Made by a program: the position numbers and the translations under genes. The notes beneath the pieces are model-generated. The model was not told the origin of the DNA, searched no databases, and saw only the letters and a list, made by a program, of their open reading frames with translations. DNA of 63,611 bases, filler included, from Octopus bimaculoides (Eukaryota): NCBI RefSeq assembly GCF_001194135.2. It is 5 parts of 5 records of this genome, joined end to end, with 100 filler letters (N's around TTAATTAATTAA, not from the genome) between each part and the next. Parts side by side here need not be neighbours in the genome. Positions count along the whole stretch, not along the records: positions 15,494 to 27,203 come from NC_068992.1; positions 27,304 to 35,322 come from NW_026363533.1; positions 35,423 to 61,613 come from NC_068981.1; 2 more parts are not named here. One strand, 5' to 3'. Positions 26,158-36,593 of this stretch are shown here, in pieces (position 1 is the stretch's first letter; each line of letters starts with the position of its first letter).

Positions 26158-26440
26158 TTTTGAACTTTAGCTCACCTGATTTTCTTTTTTTTTTCTTTTC
26201 ATTTTCCGAATCTCCTTCTTGAACTTTTTTTTCTGATTCTTTGTTTTCCTTCCTGATTCACTTTCATTCGTTCATTATTTTCTACCTATATTTCATTCGC
26301 TTGCTTTTGATTTCTTTCTTTCTTTCTTTCTTCATATATTTATTTATTTATTTCTCTATTTCTTTTTCCCTTTCTCTGTCCCTATTCTGTCGTTTAGGAT
26401 TCACAACTCTACCATTTTTCCCGTTTCCATTCCACTTCCC

Positions 26441-26471
<31 letters not shown>

Positions 26472-26507
26472 ATCATCATCATCACCATCACCACCACCAC
26501 CACCACC

Positions 26508-26541
<34 letters not shown>

Positions 26542-26900
26542 TCATCATCACCTACTACTACTACTACCACTACTCACCCTAAACGTCATCTGTCTTCTTA
26601 TCCTTCTCCCTCCCCCCTCTACAATTGCCGCCTACGCTGGCACCAATAACATTACACTTCTTTCCTTTTTCATTCATAATTATATTCATTTACTCCCACC
26701 GCACCATTCCTTTACCTCCCCCCTTCCCCACCACCGCACATCTTCACAACTAATCTCTCGGACTCTCTTGCACTTGCTTTTCTCTTTCTTCCAAGCATTC
26801 TCTATCCATCTATGTAGTCCCCACTCTCTCTCTTTATCTATCTATTTATCTATCTACCTACCTACCTATCTATCCATCTCTGTCTGTATACGTATATATA
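22400..26900. repeat. Extended low-complexity zone (GAT/GAG/GAA, CT-rich, TATC, CA/TG, TAC, CCT/CAT/CAC arrays)
   Basis: Directly visible simple repeats. They generate the homopolymeric ORFs in the track. Confidence 0.9.
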
Positions 26901-26910
26901 TATATATATA

Positions 26911-27128
26911 TATTCTTTTATATTCTTTTACTTGTTTCAGTCTTTTGACTGTGGCCATGCTGGAGCACCGCCTTTAGTCGAGCAAATCGACCCCAGGACT
27001 TATTCTTTGGAAACCTAGTACTTATTCTATCGGTCTCTTTTGCCGAACCGCTAAGTTACGGGGACATGAACACACCAGCATCGGTTGTCAAGCGATGTTG
27101 GGGGACAAACACAGACATACAAACACAT

Positions 27129-27159
<31 letters not shown>

Positions 27160-27203
27160 CGACAGGCTTCTTTCAGTTTCCGTCTACCAAATCCACTCAC
27201 AAG
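26911..27203 (-). mobile_element. SINE family B (head lost in gap)
   Basis: TTCTTTTACTTGTTTCAGTCTTTTGACTGTGGCCATGCTGGAGCACCGCC..CCGTCTACCAAATCCACTCACAAG. Confidence 0.9.
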
Positions 27204-27584
27204 NNNNNNNNNNNNNNNNNNNNNNNNNNNNNNNNNNNNNNNNNNNNTTAATTAATTAANNNNNNNNNNNNNNNNNNNNNNNNNNNNNNNNNNNNNNNNN
27301 NNNGTGTGTGTGTGTATATATATATATATACATATATATATACACACACACACTGACATACTTTTAGAACAAAGACTAATTTTCCCACAATTTGATAAAG
27401 GTACTTTTGTCTAAACTATTCACAGCAATATGCATTTGTATCAGAACGTATTCCTAACAAAACATGCTTGGATGGTATTTAACATCCAAGCAAAATAAAC
27501 AAAGAACAAAAACTGGGGCGGAATAAATAATAAAAAAAACAAACAATAAAACAGCATGAAAGGAAAAATTCTGTAGGTGTCAGC

Positions 27585-27890
27585 ATGGTTGTATAGCTAC
27601 CATGTGGTTTTGGGTTCAGCTCCGCTGCATGGCACCCTGTGCACAGTTTCACTGCAACTACATCCCTGCTCATTGCTATCGGGGTGGAGATGGTTAACCA
27701 CAGTCATTGCTAGTCCCAGGAATCGGAATGGTGTTCGAGCTAATTTTCCTCGCTGTCTCCAGCACAGCGCTTTTTCCATTTGTCTGCCGGGACCATGAGG
27801 TGAATCTGTGTATCATAGTGTTTATGTTTTTCCCTCCTCCCCCCCCCATCACCATCTGACAACCGGTGTTGGTGTGTTTATGTCCCTGTT
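27585..27890 (+). mobile_element. Interrupted SINE family B (head, ~150-bp foreign insert, start of 3' body)
   Basis: CCATGTGGTTTTGGGTTCAGCTCCGCTGCATGGCACC, then unrelated sequence, then TGACAACCGGTGTTGGTGTGTTTATGTCCCTGT. Confidence 0.6.
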
Positions 27891-28192
27891 AAAAAGCATC
27901 ACAAAAGTACAGCTCCCAAAATTACTGCAGAGCTTAATGACCACCTCGAGAACCCAGTTTCCACAAAAACTGTTTGCCAAGAGCTGCACAAAACCGGATT
28001 TAACGGAAGGGCTGCAATCAGAAAACCACTACTTTCAGACAGGGACCATTGGACTCTTACACAAATTGTTTAAAAGCATCACAAAAGTACAGCTCCCAAA
28101 ATTACTGCAGAGCTTAACGACCACCTCGAGGACCCGGTTTCCACAAAAACTTTTCACCGGGAGCTGCGCCAAGCTGGATTTCATGGGAGGGC
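27891..28192 (+). mobile_element. Tandemly duplicated Tc1-like transposase HTH fragment
   Basis: 27892 onward translates KHHKSTAPKITAELNDHLENPVSTKTVCQELHKTGFNGRAAIRKPLLS. It is repeated with a 180-bp period at 28072. Confidence 0.75.
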
Positions 28193-28481
28193 TTCAGGGG
28201 TCAACCAGAATAAGAAGTATAATCAAAGGGGTCCATAGATCAAAAAATGGTTGAGAATCCTTGGGGTGGATGGTCTAACAGGAGCCAACAAGCCAGATGA
28301 CCTCTTTGTAGTCCAGTGTCTGCTTTGACATAATTCTTGTGTGTATTCGTTTACTTATAAACTTATGTAAACAAACTCAGTTTAAAGAAAAACATTTCAT
28401 CACTCACTCATTTTACATGTATGTATATTTGTGTGTTGTGTGAGTGTATACATGTATGTACTTGCATGTATATGTATGTAA

Positions 28482-28517
<36 letters not shown>

Positions 28518-28552
28518 ACACGCGCATATACACACACATACATACGCACAGA

Positions 28553-28607
<55 letters not shown>

Positions 28608-28900
28608 GGGATAATTTACGAAAANNNNNNNNNNTATATATATATGCCTTTGTGAGTTACAAGTAATGCTATCTGTTGGAGTCTCAGCATTTTTAGCTGC
28701 TATTTCTGAACTTCGGTATGTGGTGAAGCAACTGTTTGCTGATCCCTTAATTATGTTTATAAATATATATGAACTTTTAAATAAGTTCTCCACCGATAAT
28801 GGTGTTTACATACCTAAGGGCTTGGTAAAAATTATTAATTGTTAATTTATTAATAAATTAATAAATTGATAAACCTTTACCCTTTTAATTGTAAATATAT

Positions 28901-29036
28901 CATCATCATCATCATCATTGTTTAACGTCCGCTTTCCATGCTAGCATGGGTTGGACAATTTGACTGAGGACTGGTGAAACCGGATGGCAACACCAGGCTC
29001 CAATCTGATTTGGCAGAGTTTCTACAGCTGGATGCC
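28901..29036 (-). mobile_element. RTE LINE 3' tail with (GAT)n end, 5'-truncated
   Basis: CATCATC..TTTAACGTCCGCTTTCCATGCTAGCATGGGTTGGAC..GGCAGAGTTTCTACAGCTGGATGCC. The same tail occurs at 30532, 34205 and 62114. Confidence 0.85.
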
Positions 29037-29174
29037 AGGGGTGCTAAAAATTCCTGGTTGGAGACCCAGCCTTCCATGTTCTTGTACAGGGTTTAGAAAG
29101 ACTGAAGGACCACTACAATACATGTGTGAATCTATTTTCTTTTACCCAAAGCCAGGAACTTTTCAGCACCCTCT
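29037..29174 (+). mobile_element. Internally deleted mariner derivative (MITE-sized)
   Basis: TIRs AGGGGTGCTAAAAATTCCTGG and CCAGGAACTTTTCAGCACCCTCT. The interior reads QGLERLKDHYNTCVNL, like a mariner transposase C-terminus. Confidence 0.65.
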
Positions 29175-29189
29175 TGTGGGTGTGCCCAA

Positions 29190-29436
29190 CATCCCACACA
29201 GATGATTTGTTTGTAGTGAGCAAATGTTTGCATAGACATCAGCTCTCTCCCTCCCTCCATCAGATCAGCATTACCTGTACAGGTGCAACTGGGTGCCACA
29301 TGTCAGATGTCGAAATGATCGCAGAACAACGTGAAATGATATGTCTTGCTCAAGAACACAATGCAACACCCAGTCTGGGAATTGAACCCACGATCTCACA
29401 ATTATGAGTGCAACATTTTAACCACTAAGCCATCCA
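29190..29436 (-). mobile_element. SINE with family-C head and a different body
   Basis: ACGTGAAATGATATGTCTTGCTCAAGAACAC..GGGAATTGAACCCACGATC..AACCACTAAGCCA is the reverse complement of the C head/core. Confidence 0.65.
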
Positions 29437-29568
29437 TGTATATATATATATATATATATATGTATATACAGGGGTGGACAACTACTACCACCATCACCAT
29501 CAACATACTATTACTACTACCACTATCACCATCACAACATACTACTACTACTGCCACCACTATCACCT

Positions 29569-29820
29569 CTATATGACCATCACCACTGATCCATAGTCAA
29601 TTATTTCCTGTCTATCTAATTTCAGATGAGAACCACCATCCACAACAAATCACCACCACCACCACCACCACCATTGAAACATACCCTCCCCACCACCATC
29701 ACTATATGACCATCACCACTGTTCGACAGTCAGTGATTTCCCGTCTGCGTTTAATTTCAGATCAGAACCACCACTACCTCTACAACACCACCACCACCAC
29801 CACCGTCATTACGAAGCAAT
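29569..29820 (+). repeat. ~133-bp tandem duplication spanning the SLC6 splice acceptor
   Basis: CTATATGACCATCACCACTG..AATTTCAG|AT.AGAACCACCA..(CAC)n occurs at 29569 and at 29702, giving AG acceptors at 29624-29625 and 29759-29760. Confidence 0.85.
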
Positions 29821-30041
29821 GTCCACAGACTGCAGTGGACCGGCCATGGGCCCTGGTGACACTGACTTAGACAGGGAGCAACTGGCCGGAGAAACGCATG
29901 AACCTCCAGTGACCAACTGGACAACGGAAGTAAGACAGAGTTGGGGCAAGAAGCTTGAGTTTGTGTTGGCCTGCATCGGTTACTCGGTCGGCCTCGGTAA
30001 TGTATGGCGATTCCCCTACCTTAGTTATTCCAGTGGCGGAG
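29819..30041 (+). CDS. Coding exon of an SLC6 (SNF/NSS) Na+/Cl- dependent neurotransmitter/amino-acid transporter, N-terminus plus TM1; possibly inebriated-like
   Basis: [40 protein letters not shown](G) is the SLC6 TM1 signature. The donor GGAG|GTAAGT at 30041/30042 is phase 1, at the conserved GGG|AF position. The acceptor is TTTAATTTCAG| at 29760. The frame is also open back to the acceptor ([19 protein letters not shown]), so the true start may be upstream. Confidence 0.93.
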
Positions 30042-30128
30042 GTAAGTTGCACTTAATTGGTTAATTAACTCGCTAATTGTCTCTTGGTCTGTGTCTCTCT
30101 CTCTCTCACTCTCTCTTGCTGTATTTTT

Positions 30129-30525
30129 GTGTGGCTGTATGATAAGAAGCTTGCTTCTCGACCGCCTGGTCCTGGGTTCAGTCCCACTGCGTGACACCTT
30201 GGGGAAGTAAGTGTCTTCTACCATAGCCCCAGGCCAACCAAAGCCTTGTGAGTGGACTTCGTAGATGGAAACTGAAAGAAACCTGTTGTGTATATATATA
30301 TATGTATGTATGTGTGTGCGTGTCTGTGTTCATGCCCCCATTACCGCTTCACAACCGGTGTTGGTGTGTTTACGCCCCTGTAACTTAGGAGTTTGGCAAA
30401 AGAGACCGATAGAATAAATACTAGGCTTAACAAAAAAATAAGTCTTGGGGTTGATTTGTTCAACTATAGCCCTTCAAAGCAGTGCTCCAGCATGGTCACA
30501 GTCAGATGATTGAAACAAGTAAAAC
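30129..30525 (+). mobile_element. SINE family B, near full length, 87 bp after the SLC6 donor
   Basis: Head GTGGCTGTATGATAAGAAGCTTGCTTC..GGTTCAGTCCCACTGCG and tail GTGCTCCAGCATGGTCACAGTCAGATGATTGAAACAAG. Confidence 0.9.
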
Positions 30526-30531
30526 AATATA

Positions 30532-30763
30532 TCATCATCATCATCATCGTCGTTTAACGTCCGCTTTCCATGCTGGCATGGGTTGGACGACTTGACTGAG
30601 GACTGGTGAAACTGGATGGCAACACCAGGCTCCAATCTGATTTGGCAGAGTTTCTACAGCTGGATGCCCTTCCTAACGCCAACCACTCAGAGAGTGTAGT
30701 GGGTGCTTTTACGTGTCACCCGCATGAAAACGGCCACGCTCGAAATGGTGTCTTTTATGTGCC
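30532..30763 (-). mobile_element. RTE LINE 3' tail/UTR
   Basis: CATCATC..GTTTAACGTCCGCTTTCCATGC..GGATGCCCTTCCTAACGCCAACCACTC, running into a gap. Confidence 0.85.
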
Positions 30764-30926
30764 NNNNNNNNNNNNNNNNNNNNNNNNNNNNNNNNNNNNN
30801 NNNNNNNNNNNNNNNNNNNNNNNNNNNNNNNNNNNNNNNNNNNNNNNNNNNNNNNNNNNNNNNNNNNNNNNNNNNNNNNNNNNNNNNNNNNNTTTCTCAC
30901 GCACAGCACATTTCCATATACACATA

Positions 30927-31467
30927 TTGGGTCATCCCATAAAAAATGTGGTTTTTTTCAATTGCATGAGCTAAAAGTTGGAGGGGGATGATAAACTACC
31001 TGCATCGACTTTCTATAAAAGCAGGTAGTAATTTTACCTTGTCCTTATTCTTAGTGCAGGGTTTGAAGAGTGCAGTTCAATTTTAACAGTTTTTTTTTTT
31101 TCAAAGCTATAATGGAAGTGACAAAGGAGCATATTTGACATATTTTGCTTTTGTGAGTTCAATAAAGGCAACAGCACAAAGGAAAGGCAAGGAATATTAA
31201 TGCAGTATATGGGGATTGGACAATAAGCGTAAGCCAGTGTCAATGGGGGTTCCAGAAATTCCGAGCCAGAAACTACAGCCTGGAAGACAAGCCTCGTCCT
31301 GGAAGATCTGTAGAGGTCGATGAGGATGTCCTACAAACCCTGGTGGAACAAAATCCCACCATAACTGTTGAGGAACTAGCAGAGAAGCTTGGATTTGGTC
31401 ATTCAACCAATCATTCAAGTCAGCGCTAGAAGAAAAACGACCATCTTTGGTTTCAAGACGAAAGGTG

Positions 31468-31469
<2 letters not shown>
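30927..31469 (+). mobile_element. Internally deleted mariner (left end, HTH domain, fragment before the second catalytic D)
   Basis: TA|TTGGGTCATCCCATAA terminus. ATG at 31112 gives MEVTKEHI*HILL..FNKGNST..FQKFRARNYSLEDKPRPGRSVEVDEDVLQTLVEQNPTITVEELAEKLGFGHST, then jumps to KSALEEKRPSLVSRRKV. Confidence 0.85.
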
Positions 31470-31502
<33 letters not shown>

Positions 31503-31542
31503 TATATATATATATGCATATATATGTATGTGTATGTGTATA

Positions 31543-31755
31543 TGTTTGTGTGTCTGTGTTTGTCCCCACAACATCGCTTGACAACCAATGCTGGTGTGTT
31601 TACGTCTTGTAACTTAGCAGTTCGGCAAAAGACACTGACAGAATAAGTACTAGGCTTCCAAAGAATAAGTCCTGGGGTCGATTCGCTTGACTAAAGGCGG
31701 TGCTCCAGCATGGCCGCAGTCAAATGACTGAAACAAGTAAAAGAGTATAAGAGTA
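31543..31755 (+). mobile_element. SINE family B, 3' half
   Basis: GTTTGTCCCCACAACATCGCTTGACAACC..GGCGGTGCTCCAGCATGGCCGCAGTCAAATGACTGAAACAAGTAAAAGAG. Confidence 0.9.
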
Positions 31756-31758
31756 TAT

Positions 31759-31935
31759 AAGACATGGAACGAAGTACTGAAGGATGACCTCTGGACACCA
31801 AGCCTTGCTGAGGGAGTTGAGAAAGGACCAAGATATCTGGCGCCTTGCTGATGCCCCCCACTGGCCTTGCAAGAGCTCTTGTGTGCTGTGGAACCACACA
31901 AAGGCACTTGTGTCTGTGCTACATAATAAAAGCGT
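31759..31935 (+). mobile_element. Old RTE LINE ORF end and 3'UTR remnant
   Basis: KTWNEVLKDDLWTPSLAEG..DQDIWRLA resembles the RTE C-terminus (KTW..VK.DL...DR..WR). It is followed by CTGGC..GTGTC..ATAAAAGC-like UTR subrepeats. Confidence 0.55.
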
Positions 31936-32437
31936 TCGCGCCAGAGCGGCAACATAATAAATTCTCTCATCACCCTCCACCCACACCTGTTGATGACTAA
32001 GCGTTATTTTTCAAAGCCCAGACCTCTTGACCTCCTCCCAACTCCCCCTCATTGTTGCTACTTTCAACCTTTCTTTCCTTTCTTTTCTCTCTGTCTCCAC
32101 ATGACTCCCCACCACCACCATCACCAACTCCACCACCGCTACCACCATCATCGATACCACCACTGCCACCATTCTGCTGGGAATTTTCTCAGGAACTCCA
32201 TGAATCCCCCCGCTTCCACGCTCCATTCTCTGGTTATATTGTTTGTGCAAGCATTTGAAGTGTTCTCTTAACTATTTTTTTTCCTTAGCGGTTCTGAGAT
32301 GTGTATGCACACACACACACACACACACTATAGCTTGATATTCACACATGCATAGAAATATACACCCACAATCATATATATCATCATCGTCGTTTAGCGT
32401 CCGCTTTCCATGCTAGCATGGGTTGGACAAAATATCC

Positions 32438-32483
32438 TGGAGATGCCGGGGATCGAACCCGGGGCCTTTCGCATGCAAAGCGA
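32438..32483 (-). pseudogene. tRNA-Ala(TGC) 3' two-thirds, fused to an RTE tail at 32381-32428
   Basis: Reverse complement TCGC-TT-TGC-AT-GCGA AAGG CCCCGGGTTCGATCCCCGG CATCTCC A gives the anticodon arm, T arm and acceptor 3' strand of eukaryotic tRNA-Ala. The D arm and 5' strand are absent, replaced by (TA)n. Confidence 0.85.
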
Positions 32484-32517
<34 letters not shown>

Positions 32518-33668
32518 GCATACACACGTGTGCACACATGCAGGTAGATATAGATATATACACATACGTATAGATGTATACACACATGTACACGGACACA
32601 TAGATGTGCACATATGCAATTGTATAGATATACACACGTACACATACATAGGTATATATACACACATGTACACATACATATAGATGTATACTCACACATT
32701 CACATACATAGGTATATATACACGTGCACATATACACACGTATATAAACATACACATATGCAAGTATTGACATACTTATATCAATATATGTACACAAACA
32801 AGCACTTGTACACATATGTATAGATGTATACCCATTTANNNNNNNNNNNNNNNNNNNNNNNNNNNNNNNNNNNNNNNNNNNNNNNNNNNNNNNNNNNNNN
32901 NNNNNNNNNNNNNNNNNNNNNNNNNNNNNNNNNNNNNNNNNNNNNNNNNNNNNNNNNNNNNNNNNNNNNNNNNNNNNNNNNNNNNNNNNNNNNNNNNNNN
33001 NNNNNNNNNNNNNNNNNNNNNNNNNNNNNNNNNNNNNNNNNNNNNNNNNNNNNNNNNNNNNNNNNNNNNNNNNNNNNNNNNNNNNNNNNNNNNNNNNNNN
33101 NNNNNNNNNNNNNNNNNNNNNNNNNNNNNNNNNNNNNNNNNNNNNNNNNNNNNNNNNNNNNNNNNNNNNNNNNNNNNNNNNNNNNNNNNNNNNNNNNNNN
33201 NNNNNNNNNNNNNNNNNNNNNNNNNNNNNNNNNNNNNNNNNNNNNNNNNNNNNNNNNNNNNNNNNNNNNNNNNNNNNNNNNNNNNNNNNNNNNNNNNNNN
33301 NNNNNNNNNNNNNNNNNNNNNNNNNNNNNNNNNNNNNNNNNNNNNNNNNNNNNNNNNNNNNNNNNNNNNNNNNNNNNNNNNNNNNNNNNNNNNNNNNNNN
33401 NNNNNNNNNNNNNNNNNNNNNNNNNNNNNNNNNNNNNNNNNNNNNNNNNNNNNNNNNNNNNNNNNNNNNNNNNNNNNNNNNNNNNNNNNNNNNNNNNNNN
33501 NNNNNNNNNNNNNNNNNNNNNNNNNNNNNNNNNNNNNNNNNNNNNNNNNNNNNNNNNNNNNNNNNNNNNNNNNNNNNNNNNNNNNNNNNNNNNNNNNNNN
33601 NNNNNNNNNNNNNNNNNNNNNNNNNNNNNNNNNNNNNNNNNNNNNNNNNNNNNNNNNNNNNNNNNNNN

Positions 33669-33818
33669 GTGTTTCTACGACCCGGTAACTTAGCGGTTCG
33701 GCAAAAGTTACTGATGGAATAAACACTAGGCTTACGAAGAATAAGTTCTGGAGTCGATTTGTTCGACTAAAGGCGGTGCTCCAGCATGGCTGCAGTCATG
33801 TCTGAAACAAGTAAAAGA
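33669..33818 (+). mobile_element. SINE family B, 3' part
   Basis: GTAACTTAGCGGTTCGGCAAAAG..GGCGGTGCTCCAGCATGGCTGCAGTC. Confidence 0.85.
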
Positions 33819-34204
33819 ATATATATATATATGTATATATATATACACACACACACACACCCAAACAGATGCAGACTCTCACATGCAGTCACGCATGTGA
33901 CTTATGCATTTATTCTAAACATGTTCTGGCAGGTTTCTATGTGAATCTTCTGATTACTGATCCCAGTAATTAGCACATTCATGCATGATTCAGCTGGATC
34001 GTGTTAAGAATAAATATGTTAATCAGCATTTTTAATTCTCACCATTCGCTGTGCATATTTTAATACACACACACACACACACATGATAATAATAAAGGAC
34101 GTTACCATATGTATGTTTAGAAACCAAGGACGTTATATAGACCTCCTTGACTCAAGTTATAGAAGGGGTACGTATTATACACAAGGTTTAGGTTTTTCAG
34201 AGGT

Positions 34205-34504
34205 ATCGTTTGCCAGTGCCCCTGGACTGGCTCTTGTGCAGGTGGCACATAAAATATACCATTTTGAGCGTGGCCGTTGCCAGTACCGCCTGACTGGCCT
34301 TCGTGCGGGTGACACGTAAAAGCACCCACTACACTCTCTGAGTGGTTGGCGTTAGGAAGGGCATCCAGCTGTAGAAACTCTGCCAAATCAGATTGGAGCC
34401 TGGTGTAGCCATCTGGTTTCACCAGTCCTCAGTCAAATCGTCCAACCCATGCTAGCATGGAAAGCGGACGTTAAACAACGATGATGATGATGATGATGAT
34501 GATG
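34205..34504 (+). mobile_element. RTE LINE 3'UTR with internal subrepeats and (GAT)n tail
   Basis: GCCAGTGCCCCTGGACTGGC..GTGGCACATAAAA and GCCAGTACCGCCTGACTGGC..GTGACACGTAAAAGCACC, then GGCGTTAGGAAGGGCATCCAGCTG..GGAAAGCGGACGTTAAACAACGATGATGATG. Confidence 0.85.
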
Positions 34505-34762
34505 ACAGCCCCCTAAAAGTCCCCTGCGTATTATACTCAAGGGCAGACTATACTTGAGGATTTACGGTAATTATTTTAAAGTAATAGCAAAAGATGCACA
34601 AAACTAAACAAAGAAAACACTGGGATAAACACAAAAATGATGCTGCCAGATATGAGATGGACATGTGAACTGAGTGAGTGGAGGCTGCGTTTGTTGAGAG
34701 AGCATATGCAAACTCAGCACTGACTAGCAGTCATTTGTACGAGACTTGCATATACTGCTTGT

Positions 34763-35150
34763 GGAGGCGCAATGGTCCAGTGGTTAGGGCAGCAGACTCG
34801 CGGTCATAGGATCGCGGTTTCGATTCCCAGACCGGGCGTTGTGAGTGTTTATTGAGCGAAAACACCTAAAGCTCCACGAGGCTCCGGCAGGGGATGGTGG
34901 CGAACCCTGCTGTACTCTTTCACCACACCTTTCTCTCACTCTTTCTTCCTGTTTCTGTTGTGCCTGTAATTCAAAGGGTCAGCCTTGACACACTGTGTCA
35001 CGCTGAATCTCCCCCCGAGAACTACGTTAAGGGTACACGTATCTGTGGAGTGCTCAGCCACTTACACGTTAATTTCACGAGCAGGCTGTTCCGTTGATCA
35101 GATCAACTGGAACCCTCGACGTCGTAAGCGATGGAGTGCCAACAACAACA
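34763..35150 (+). mobile_element. SINE family D, full length with target-site duplication
   Basis: A box TGGTCCAGTGG, B box GGTTTCGATTCCC, tail GGAGTGCCAACAACAACA. The 12-bp direct repeat GCATATACTGCT lies at 34748-34759 and 35151-35162. Confidence 0.9.
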
Positions 35151-35285
35151 GCATATACTGCTGATTTCAACTCAATAGATCAAGACAGAAATTCACACAA
35201 GCATCAGCTTGTGCAGCAAATTTCTCATACAGTGGTGTAATGGTGCACGTGTATTGCAAGGTTCTATTGTGTATATAAACATACC

Positions 35286-35322
<37 letters not shown>

Positions 35323-35422
35323 NNNNNNNNNNNNNNNNNNNNNNNNNNNNNNNNNNNNNNNNNNNNTTAATTAATTAANNNNNNNNNNNNNNNNNNNNNN
35401 NNNNNNNNNNNNNNNNNNNNNN

Positions 35423-35590
35423 ATATATATACGTCCGGCTTCTTTCAGTTTTCGTCTATCAAATCTACTCACAAGGCTTTGGTCGGGTCGCGGCTATAGT
35501 GGAAGATACTTGCCCGAGGTGTCACGCAGTAGACCAGAACCTGGAACCATATGGTTAGGAAGCAAACTTCTTACTACACAAGCACGCCAT
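35423..35590 (-). mobile_element. SINE family B, head and core
   Basis: TTCTTTCAGTTTTCGTCTATCAAATCTACTCACAAGGCTTTGG..GGAACCATATGGTTAGGAAGCAAACTTCTTAC. Confidence 0.8.
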
Positions 35591-35603
35591 ATATATATAT
35601 AAA

Positions 35604-35649
<46 letters not shown>

Positions 35650-36220
35650 CGTGCGTGTGTGTATCTACATCTATATCTATCGGAAAGTTGGTGCAACACT
35701 TTTATAATAAAAATCGTGGGACAGAAAACAACCAAGAGCTAGAGAGCATTTTAAATTACGTTACGTGTCTAATATTACTAGTGAGTAAGAAAATTAAATG
35801 AATCGTCATATTGAATATAACTGTATAAAACTTTAGTGTAATTATCGCAGTGTTGTGTGTCTTTAATGTTTTCTAAGTTTGACAATAAAATCCAAATAAA
35901 TTTAACTTATCGTTTATGTCACATAGAAGTTTCTGGTATATGCTTTTAAGTGACATGGTAAACTAAATTTAGCTGCAAATAGAATCAAACATGGAGCTTA
36001 ACTACTCAGCGCTCGCAACAACGTGTGCATGCGCTTATTTACATACAACCACATAAAATGGATTGATTTCCTTGTTAATTCAATACGTTGTTTTTCCTTT
36101 GTTCTGTTATAAATGTTCTTATTTATTATTTAAACCAAATTTTTAAGCGATCAGGTTACTTTTGTATCACGGATGTACAACAACCAATCTATGCACGTAT
36201 ACACACGTGTTTGTATTACT

Positions 36221-36332
<112 letters not shown>

Positions 36333-36363
36333 CGCGCGTGTGTGTGTGTATCTGTGTTTAGTG

Positions 36364-36590
36364 AAGGTGCGTGGCTTAGTGATTAGGGTATTCAGCTCAC
36401 GATCATAAGGTTGTGAGTTCAATTCCCGGTGACGCGTTGTGTCCTTGAGCAAGACACTCTATTTCACGTTGCTCAGCTGGCAAAAATGAGTAGTACCTGT
36501 GTTTCAAAGGGCCAGCCTTGTCACACTCTGTGTCACACTGAATCTCCCTGGAAACTACATTAAGAGTACACGTGTCTCTGGAGTGCTCAG
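36364..36590 (+). mobile_element. SINE family C, 3'-truncated by a family A copy
   Basis: GCGTGGCTTAGTGATTAGGG..GAGTTCAATTCCCGG..GTGTCCTTGAGCAAGACACTC..GGAGTGCTCAG. Confidence 0.85.
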
Positions 36591-36593
36591 TCT

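Noticed and set aside
22400-26580. Apparent inverted similarity between GAT/GAG arrays (22.5 kb) and CCT/CAT/CAC arrays (26.5 kb)
   Set aside because: Explained by low complexity. There is no shared unique flank.
27650-27800. Possible R4-type C-terminus (KSAVLETARKI) in the insert within SINE-B
   Set aside because: Only about 11 residues of similarity, and it needs a frameshift. Left unassigned.
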